Source of the DNA: a virus
Taxonomy: Duplodnaviria; Caudoviricetes
Direction: 5' to 3' (one strand)
DNA: 53,180 nt
Virus record (IMG/VR): IMGVR_UViG_3300012041_000025
Span: 1 to 53,180 of that record
The position numbers were made by a program, and so were the translations under genes. Positions 1 through 6,676 of this stretch are shown one piece after another. The stretch's first letter is position 1; the number at the start of each line of letters is the position of its first letter. The notes under the pieces are model-generated. The model saw only the letters and a list, made by a program, of their open reading frames with translations. It was not told where the DNA came from and ran no database searches.

Positions 1-24
1 AATAACCACCAAAAACAAACTACC

Positions 25-273
25 ATGGAACCAACTACACTTTGGATTTACCTGTTCGCCGCGATCGTCAGTTTAATAATTAGTTATCATCTTATCGCTA
101 GTGCCGTATCCGCCGGGATGCGAAAAACCAACGACATCTTAAAAAAACAAAATGAAATCTTATTGAAGACATTGAATGAGCAGGGAACTGATAAAGATGA
201 ATTGAATGACATTTTCCTGGTTGAGAAGAAAGCACTGTGGCCATCAATGAAAAGTAAAAATCAACCAGTGTGA
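25..273 (+). CDS. Small membrane protein (N-terminal TM helix), probable immunity-region moron
   Basis: 82 aa, hydrophobic LWIYLFAAIVSLIISYHLIA, A-rich upstream region. Confidence 0.6.
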   Translation: MEPTTLWIYLFAAIVSLIISYHLIASAVSAGMRKTNDILKKQNEILLKTLNEQGTDKDELNDIFLVEKKALWPSMKSKNQPV

Positions 274-694
274 GCTTCACATTAAAGCTGAAGCTAAAGC
301 TGCCTTTGTGACTCCAGGTATCGAATACGATACCTCGCAGGGAAGCTATATTACTGTTTCCTAAGCATCTACAGCTTGAAAGTTTTTTTGGCTAAATTTT
401 TGCCGGTAATCATTTTTTTAATTTCTTTGTCTGGATTTTTGTGTAAATTACTTGGAGAACAACCTAAAATAAACCACCATCACTATGTGCAGCCACATCC
501 AAAAAATACGTCAATGCGATGTATTCCTTCCAAAATGTAAACCCGAATCACGCAAGCTGCCAAAAAGAAAATGAGTCTGTATTTGATGAGTGCTGCTGCA
601 ATATGTTGCAGCAATCGTGTTCAGCTATTAAGCAATATCCTAAAGAGAAGATCGTTAATCAGACCGTACAGCCATCTTTTTTTATTAAGATCTT

Positions 695-770
695 AAAATA
701 AAAGACCCCCGCAGGTGAAAACTACGGAGGTCTGGTGCCTGAGTCAATCAGGACTTTGACATATGGAACG
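695..770 (-). ncRNA. Putative small RNA or terminator unit (CCAUA, CUGA/UCAG hairpin, terminator)
   Basis: Hairpin 703-733 has G-U pairs valid on the minus strand plus a U tract. Small hairpin at 738-752. Same layout as 2893-2950. Confidence 0.35.
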
Positions 771-915
771 AATGCTCCTGCCACCAGCAGTGCATTCACT
801 CGGAAAGCATCCTACGGATGATATCTAAGTACACCGTTGATCAATCGACCAACTGTATAAACGATACCAACTTTCAGATAGCTTTTTCGAGCTTTCCTAA
901 ATTGGAACAACATAG

Positions 916-987
916 AGGCCGGGATGAGATTCGAACTCATGTACCATCATTGCAAAGGACGTACCTGAACCACTCGGACACCCGGCC
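916..987 (-). tRNA. Degenerate tRNA or pseudo-tRNA with Cys-type body; anticodon loop UUUGCAA
   Basis: Acceptor GGCCGGG/CCCGGCC plus U73. T-arm ATGAG-TTCGAAT-CTCAT. D-loop AGTGG. Mismatches in the D and anticodon stems. No encoded CCA. Confidence 0.75.
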
Positions 988-1016
988 GCAGCTTCTCGTT
1001 CAGAGAAGATGTTTAT

Positions 1017-1055
1017 AAGCCATTGGCATTAAAATGCTGGTGGCTTTTTTATTTT
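1017..1055 (+). terminator. Intrinsic terminator-like hairpin
   Basis: AAGCCATTGGCAT-TAAA-ATGCTGGTGGCTT followed by a T tract. Confidence 0.5.
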
Positions 1056-1113
1056 AACCCCCGGTATATTCACAAATGTGACTACCCGCGGTGGATAATT
1101 GATTATTAATCTA

Positions 1114-1235
1114 TTTGGAAAATGGATAGAGAAGGAAGTAACTTTGTGGTCTCAGATACAAAGTTTATTCCTAGATCCATTTTCTAAAATCTTTTAAAGA
1201 ATTTCCCGATGGTCAAAAGCTATCGGGATTTTCCA
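1114..1235 (+). ncRNA. Putative ~85-nt small RNA with its own promoter
   Basis: TTTG(1114)-N21-TAACTTTG(1139) consensus Bacteroidota promoter, no ORF, hairpin 1204-1228 followed by TTTT. Confidence 0.5.
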
Positions 1236-1383
1236 TTAATAGCATAGCGAAGTTCAGTTAGAAAAGGTAATTTCTGCAAATATTTATTTGATTCTTTTGC
1301 ACGGCTTTCACACTCAGTGTGTAAAGAATCCGTACTAATAAATTTGGTAAACCGGAAAACTAGTCGTATATATTACTAGTTGC

Positions 1384-2592
1384 TTATTTAGATATTTGTT
1401 TCATCTTCACGACCTTTGCAAACGCCGGCGCATTATCAATGATCTTTTGTTTGTATTTTCCTTTCACCGCTTTCGCATAGATCTCCGTCATCTGTTTGCT
1501 TTTGTGTCCGTATAGCGTTCGCAATACATCCAGGTCGATATCCGCCATGATCTTATCATCAGCACCCTTATGTTTCAATGAATACATTTTGCAATCGATC
1601 TTCAGGCCTTTGATCACCAGGTCACGCCACCAGTTGGTTGGTGTGTTGGGATGATAAGCCACGGGACCCGGTTTGAATTTTTCATTGGAAAATAGATAGT
1701 GAGTACCTGGGTAATTCCATATCTGTCGTTGCAATAGTATCTGCATGATCGTGTCAGTGATCGGAACAATCCTGGCTTTGTTGGTCTTGGCGACTTCCGG
1801 CCGGATATGGATCTCGCGGGTAGTCAGGTTGAAGTCCTGGATCTGCAGGAGTAATGTTTCTTTGCGCCGGATCCCATCGTCATAAATGAACATCAGGTAT
1901 TCGAAGAAATCTGGAGCATTCAATAACAAGTGATCAGCGATCGTTTCCTTCTCAGCATCCGTCAGGCGTTTGTAACCCATGCTTTCTTCCATAGGTTCAT
2001 CCTTTATTCCTTTGGCCGGGTTGAACTTCATTACTTCCTTTTCATCCACCAGGACTGACAGCAATGCGCGGAAGATGGATAGGTATTTATTGCGTGCCTG
2101 GTTGGTCCATCCATTTTCTTCCCTGGCGGCATTTAATATTTCCCGGATATCTTTTCGCTCCAGGGAACTTACTTTGGTAAAGTAGTGCCCAGTTATCTTA
2201 GCAGCTGCTTTCATAAATCGGACACAACCGTTGTAATCATACATTGAATAGCGGGATAGGATCCGTTTCTTTTCCGCCACGGCAATATCCAAGGCATCGG
2301 CAAACAAAACGATCGATGGTGCCGGGTCAGCTTGCTTATTAAAGTTGGGGTACTTTTCCAGCAGGGGATTCCATTTGTTTTGCAGCGCATCCCACAATAC
2401 ATCGGCATTAGCTTCGGCCTGTAGCTTCCGTTTGGATTTGACCAGGCAGTTGATCCCATGCTTGTAGCGCATGTTGTGTTTTTTGCCGGTGGAATCGTAT
2501 AGCGCAAAAAAAACCTCCCAGATGTTTTTGGATACATCTGCGAGGCGAGCCACGGGTTTAGTTGCCCGAAAGCCAGAGAATTGATAAGCCAT
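1384..2592 (-). CDS. int: Tyrosine recombinase (phage integrase)
   Basis: 402 aa; motifs GIRRKE (R), AKTNK (K), YSLKH, YGH, TEIY (Y); adjacent to attP. Confidence 0.93.
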   Translation of the reverse strand: MAYQFSGFRATKPVARLADVSKNIWEVFFALYDSTGKKHNMRYKHGINCLVKSKRKLQAEANADVLWDALQNKWNPLLEKYPNFNKQADPAPSIVLFADALDIAVAEKKRILSRYSMYDYNGCVRFMKAAAKITGHYFTKVSSLERKDIREILNAAREENGWTNQARNKYLSIFRALLSVLVDEKEVMKFNPAKGIKDEPMEESMGYKRLTDAEKETIADHLLLNAPDFFEYLMFIYDDGIRRKETLLLQIQDFNLTTREIHIRPEVAKTNKARIVPITDTIMQILLQRQIWNYPGTHYLFSNEKFKPGPVAYHPNTPTNWWRDLVIKGLKIDCKMYSLKHKGADDKIMADIDLDVLRTLYGHKSKQMTEIYAKAVKGKYKQKIIDNAPAFAKVVKMKQISK

Positions 2593-2609
2593 AACAAAGC
2601 GGTTAATTT

Positions 2610-2805
2610 AGTACACTTTTCAGTACACTTTTTAGGGTGCATGCTATCTGAAATCCGCTACTGATCTGACTTTGAATGAACTAGTGTTGCGAAGGGGAGG
2701 TTCAGCCGCCCGATCGTCCGCTTATATAACTTGTTATAAATCAGTATCGAATTTTAATGAACTCCTGCAAATATAGGGGTTTGGTACACCCAGTAGTACA
2801 CTTTT
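2610..2805. other. attP: arm-type repeats flanking a tRNA-3'-end core
   Basis: AGTACACTTTT at 2610, 2622 and 2795, with variant GGTACACCC at 2783. The core at 2685-2703 reads GAACCTCCCCTTCGCAACA on the minus strand, matching T-loop end, T-stem, acceptor stem and discriminator. Confidence 0.7.
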
Positions 2806-2892
2806 CAAAAAGACAAGTTTTGTCTCCGAGTATCAACCTATTGCGGGTTTGACCTTGCCATACTGCGGCACATTCACTAAACCGGGATGCTG

Positions 2893-2985
2893 AATAAAAG
2901 CCAGGGGGTAATCCCTGGCCCCGGCTGATGCCTCAGCCTATGGATCCACTGATGCAAATTTATTTTTCCACCGCTGCATTCCAAA
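2893..2985 (-). ncRNA. Putative ~57-nt small RNA with consensus promoter
   Basis: TTTG-N19-TAAATTTG (2985-2955). Hairpins GGCTGA/TCAGCC and GCCAGGG/CCCTGGC plus T tract. Confidence 0.55.
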
Positions 2986-3014
2986 GTGAAAAACACGATA
3001 GTTTCCCGTTTTTT

Positions 3015-3251
3015 ATGGATCGTATCCCAATCAACTTTGAACGTGGAGGGAAACAATACTCCGGTTACTTTGTCCAGATTGCCGGCAGCGGTGATACTTC
3101 AACACGCCATTTATATGATCATAGAAATTTTTACTTAGGTCGGCTCCGCATAGATGCAAATGATGATTGGGTATTTGATGAATCCAACCCGAAGGATGAA
3201 TTGAAATACCTGGCCAGGTTCTTTGGAAATTACATCGCAGAACGGATTTAA
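3015..3251 (+). CDS. Hypothetical protein (78 aa, MDRIPINF...), moron
   Basis: 3' part of ORF 2928-3251; the upstream part overlaps the sRNA and its promoter. Confidence 0.65.
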   Translation: MDRIPINFERGGKQYSGYFVQIAGSGDTSTRHLYDHRNFYLGRLRIDANDDWVFDESNPKDELKYLARFFGNYIAERI

Positions 3252-3286
3252 TTATTTGCATATCTTAGGACATTAATCACCTCTTC

Positions 3287-3373
3287 ATGCTAGAAGTAGC
3301 GTTCATCCTGATTGCTCTATCTGTAATTACTTACATTTATTTCTTAGATAAGGGAAAACGTCGCAAACGTTAA
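3287..3373 (+). CDS. 28-aa single-TM peptide MLEVAFILIALSVITYIYFLDKGKRRKR (type I toxin-like)
   Basis: Hand-translated. Hydrophobic helix with a basic tail. -7-like TATCTTAG at 3261. Confidence 0.55.
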   Translation: MLEVAFILIALSVITYIYFLDKGKRRKR

Positions 3374-3379
3374 TACAAC

Positions 3380-3491
3380 AAAAAAACCTCCCGAAGTACA
3401 TCGGGAGGGCACTAATCAAAATCCATTAACCATTAAACCTTAAATTATGAAAATACGTGACCAATATAGCATTTAATGCTAATACGCCAAA
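3380..3491 (-). ncRNA. Putative ~75-nt small RNA (paralogue at 37816)
   Basis: TTTG-N19-TATATTGG promoter. Terminator CCTCCCGA/TCGGGAGG plus T7. 36/41 nt identical to 37816-37856. Confidence 0.65.
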
Positions 3492-3498
3492 TAGCAAC

Positions 3499-3646
3499 AA
3501 AAAGCCTACTGCGTTACCAACAGTAGGCTCAAAATTAGGGAACGGTTTGGCGAAAAACTATTTGTTTGACCGGTAGTAACTCAAAAAGTTCAGTGTAAAA
3601 AAAGCCTACCTCGTTAGGGTAGGCTAGAACAGGACGGTCATAAAAC
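3499..3646 (-). repeat. Two paralogous hairpin/terminator units (AGCCTAC..TAACG..GTAGGCT + T tract)
   Basis: Hairpins 3503-3529 and 3603-3625, each preceded by ACCGT(T)CC on the minus strand. Confidence 0.6.
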
Positions 3647-3649
3647 ATT

Positions 3650-3841
3650 TTAATGCGTCAGCGCAGCGCCAATTTTCTTTTCAGTGATCACTTTATAAAG
3701 CATCTTCAAATCCGCCCGCTTTTCTTTTAAATAAATGCTCTCTTTGTTAAATTTTTCCAACACCAAATAGTCTTTTATGGCACTTATCATCATACAACAA
3801 ATCTCATCCACTGAAAGCATTTTCACAGATTCTTCCGACAT
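3650..3841 (-). CDS. Hypothetical protein (63 aa), moron
   Basis: ORF with A-rich leader, followed by a terminator. Confidence 0.6.
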   Translation of the reverse strand: MSEESVKMLSVDEICCMMISAIKDYLVLEKFNKESIYLKEKRADLKMLYKVITEKKIGAALTH

Positions 3842-4007
3842 AGTAATTGATTTGAGATTTTGTTTAATAACGGTAACGTCGTGAATTTAATGGGAGAACT
3901 AGCCGGTAGAGGAAGTATGTATTACCGGCAGTGTAGAGCCGTACTATAAATCTAATTCAATTGGAGCATTCTTTTAAAATAAATCTTTGCACAGGTAACG
4001 GCACCAT

Positions 4008-4196
4008 AAAAAAGGCAGGAGTAAGAATACCCCCGCCGTCGTACGACTGCTTTTCACAGGAAACCCATTACCGATCACACCAAAGAAACCAGCCATTTCA
4101 CTGTGATCTCAGCCATTCATTTAATAACCTTTAAAAGCTCCCCATCTTTTAAAAAAAGGCAGGAGTGGAAACTCCCGCCGCGAACATTACTGCTTG
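4008..4196 (-). terminator. Two paralogous terminator units ending the late operon
   Basis: GGCGGG..ACTCCTGCC plus T tract at 4014-4037 and 4158-4179, each preceded by AAGCAGT. Confidence 0.65.
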
Positions 4197-4211
4197 CTGA
4201 TGAGAAAAACT

Positions 4212-4766
4212 TTATAAATTCCGATACAAAGCCCGGTAGGCCCACACCTTTTGTGAATAATCCCCACCATGCGTATACCGGTCAACATCATACCCTTTCT
4301 TCAGCGCTTTCAATACATTTCCCTGTCCGCAATTATACGCCGCGGTAATCGATCGATGCCCTGTGACCTCATCCAGCTTCTCTAACCCATACTGTGTTTG
4401 CAAATATTTTCTTTTCTCTTCCAATACCTGGATGGCTTTCAGGCAACACAACAAAGGATCCTTCCAGTCACCACTTCTTATGAACAAAGGATAACTCCCG
4501 ATATCAATCTGCCAATACCCATACCCATGATAAGAAAATTCATCTTCTCCCGGGCGTTTGCCATAATCACCTCTTGCATGATCATGCATCCTGGAGGGGA
4601 TCGCCACCTTATCTTCATGCTTTGAAATCACGGTCCACGTTTCGCGATAGGCCATGGCTGCCAGCCAATCTTCTGTATAAATGACACCAGTGTTTTTTGC
4701 CAATGCCTCCCTGATAACCGGACCCAGCGCTGTTCTATACCACAACATGATTTGCTTCTGTGTCAT
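4212..4766 (-). CDS. Endolysin, g-type lysozyme / GH23-like
   Basis: AMAYRET (catalytic E), GYGYWQID, AAYNCGQGNV, DYSQKV motifs. Confidence 0.85.
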   Translation of the reverse strand: MTQKQIMLWYRTALGPVIREALAKNTGVIYTEDWLAAMAYRETWTVISKHEDKVAIPSRMHDHARGDYGKRPGEDEFSYHGYGYWQIDIGSYPLFIRSGDWKDPLLCCLKAIQVLEEKRKYLQTQYGLEKLDEVTGHRSITAAYNCGQGNVLKALKKGYDVDRYTHGGDYSQKVWAYRALYRNL

Positions 4767-4930
4767 ACGCGTTTGATTTCATCAACCGTGGAAAATTTTT
4801 TAATATCCTCATTGATGGACTTCAACAGTTCCGTCAGCAATGGTTCCTCACATACTTTGATAGCCAATTCCAGTTTAAAAAGAATCATCTTGAGCAGTAA
4901 ATCTTTTCTGATGAAATAGCTGCTGTTCAT
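4763..4930 (-). CDS. Small lysis-cassette protein (55 aa, MNSSYF...)
   Basis: ATGA overlaps with both the spanin stop and the endolysin start. Confidence 0.55.
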   Translation of the reverse strand: MNSSYFIRKDLLLKMILFKLELAIKVCEEPLLTELLKSINEDIKKFSTVDEIKRV

Positions 4931-5511
4931 TTGATAAGCTTTATAAATGTTACCGTGGCAAGGGATAAAAACCGCTGGAGGTATTTCAGTCTGTATTCTC
5001 CAATGGAGCCGATTAAAATACACAGTAAAAACAACCACCAGGGAGGGGCCTTTTTTTTCACCTCCTTTGTATGAACGGATTCTGTTTTGGAAACATTCGC
5101 CCTCGCCTTTTCCAGTTCCACCACCAGGCTGTCCCTGCTATAAAGCGCTTCAATCAACTCGGTGTTTTTTTCGTACAGTGATTGGTTTAACGCCCGGACA
5201 TTTCCTTCGATTGATTTTAGTTTGCCATTGTCGAAGATGATCTTTGTTGACGGCTTTACGCTGGTCGGGCTATCCGGGCAGGGCGTATCATTAAAAACAA
5301 CGCCTGTACTTTCCCACTGCTCGATTTGCCTTTCATAATGCTCAATGGTTTCCTGCAAGGTTTTATGCAAGGCTTCATTCTGCATGATCGCCGCACTGTC
5401 GTAGATCGTTTCCATTTTCACCACCTCTTTCGTTGTCCGGCACCCGAACAATGACAGCAGCATCCACATAACCGGAATAAAGAAAGTGGTCGTTATTTTT
5501 TTCATGATCAA
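4927..5511 (-). CDS. Unimolecular spanin-like lipoprotein
   Basis: Lipobox LFG-C, coiled periplasmic region, C-terminal TM helix WWLFLLCILIGSIG. Confidence 0.75.
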   Translation of the reverse strand: MIMKKITTTFFIPVMWMLLSLFGCRTTKEVVKMETIYDSAAIMQNEALHKTLQETIEHYERQIEQWESTGVVFNDTPCPDSPTSVKPSTKIIFDNGKLKSIEGNVRALNQSLYEKNTELIEALYSRDSLVVELEKARANVSKTESVHTKEVKKKAPPWWLFLLCILIGSIGEYRLKYLQRFLSLATVTFIKLIK

Positions 5512-5537
5512 TATTTTGCTAATTCACCAGCGTTCCA

Positions 5538-5927
5538 TTAATTTAATTTCGAACCCGAATCGGTTCCTTTCATGGCATCGAGCTCATTTGTTTTTTGGTC
5601 GACAATACTCCTGATCTGCTTTTTTGCCTTACTCAATCCGAGCTGGATAATATAGGATCCGATTGCGCCCATCGTCACAAAAGACACCCGCGCAAAATCT
5701 GAGATGCCGTGATACTGGGCCGCCACTTCATGAAAAATAAGGTACCAGATACCCACGGACAGGAACGATAGCAGAATACTTGGAAAATCCTTGTACACAT
5801 AATCCCGGTACCATTTGAAATTGATGTTGGCTTTTCGTGCATCCACTAATAGCCCATTCAATTTCAAAAGTGAATGGAACAGTACGCCGGCAACGCCGCA
5901 TACAATAAAGGAAAAATCTGTTGTCAT
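5538..5927 (-). CDS. Putative holin (3 TM)
   Basis: Three hydrophobic segments, charged C-terminus, lysis-cassette position. Confidence 0.65.
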   Translation of the reverse strand: MTTDFSFIVCGVAGVLFHSLLKLNGLLVDARKANINFKWYRDYVYKDFPSILLSFLSVGIWYLIFHEVAAQYHGISDFARVSFVTMGAIGSYIIQLGLSKAKKQIRSIVDQKTNELDAMKGTDSGSKLN

Positions 5928-5945
5928 AGTTTTAGGTTTATGTAG

Positions 5946-6188
5946 TTAATCTTTTCTCATTTTGAAAATCGCTTCGATGATGCCTTCCTGGTTGGATAGC
6001 TTTTCATTCATATCCTTCTGATTCGTTTCCAGGGTTTCGATCCGTTTGATTATTTTTTCGTTGGCAGATGCGCCAAGACCTTCAATATGCCGTTCTTTTT
6101 CGTACCGGAAATAATCCTTGATCGCTTTACTGGCGGCTACCAGTGCGGCGGTGGATAAGAATAAGGATGCTATTAATTCTCCGCTCAT
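5946..6188 (-). CDS. Membrane-anchored coiled-coil protein (holin- or antiholin-like)
   Basis: N-terminal hydrophobic helix plus heptads; overlaps the REC stop. Confidence 0.55.
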   Translation of the reverse strand: MSGELIASLFLSTAALVAASKAIKDYFRYEKERHIEGLGASANEKIIKRIETLETNQKDMNEKLSNQEGIIEAIFKMRKD

Positions 6189-6625
6189 TTTATAACATGT
6201 TTTGATTGCTGATATTCGATGAATGGCGCTAACAACTCAATGGCTCGTTTTACGTAGTTCACGCATTTCTCCAGGTCATTTTGCTCATTTTTCTTGATCC
6301 ATTTGTAGATGCCGATATTAATAGCCCTGATCGGCACATCGTCATCTTCAATGGATGACCGGATAATTATTTTACAATAAGGATTTTTCTCCAACAGCTT
6401 TTCGGCGATATCCAATCCATTGCCCGGCTTAATCAGGTAATCCAACACGGCTACATGAACGTCCCGGTGATAGTGATTCCAAAACTCTGCTTCGTTGGTG
6501 AACAACATAAAGTTTTCAATGCCCGAATTTTTGAATACTCTATCTATCACGTTGAGCTCAATCTTGCTATCGTCCAGGATAAACGTGACGATATTCACAT
6601 CGCTGGTATTTTTCATGAACTTCAT
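6185..6625 (-). CDS. Stand-alone response regulator receiver (CheY-like) domain
   Basis: FILDD acidic pocket, VAVLD phospho-Asp, PGNGLD, IIRSS, WIKK. Confidence 0.88.
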   Translation of the reverse strand: MKFMKNTSDVNIVTFILDDSKIELNVIDRVFKNSGIENFMLFTNEAEFWNHYHRDVHVAVLDYLIKPGNGLDIAEKLLEKNPYCKIIIRSSIEDDDVPIRAINIGIYKWIKKNEQNDLEKCVNYVKRAIELLAPFIEYQQSKHVIK

Positions 6626-6676
6626 TTTACTTTTTTTTCTTTCTTGCTGTTGCTGCTATCATCATGGCCTTTCATT

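Noticed and set aside
916-987. The tRNA-like gene as the integration site or prophage boundary
   Set aside because: Its 3' end does not match the core at 2685-2703, and no arm repeats or host genes flank it
485-1018. Short plus-strand ORFs (519-701, 818-1018 and others)
   Set aside because: No recognisable motifs; 818-1018 is antisense to the tRNA-like gene
2211-2642. 143-aa ORF starting MHPKKCTEKCTK
   Set aside because: Alternate frame over int; the peptide repeat is just the translated arm-site repeats
3380-4200. CRISPR or mini-array interpretation of the repeated hairpins
   Set aside because: The repeats are only pairwise similar, irregularly spaced and terminator-like; no cas genes are present
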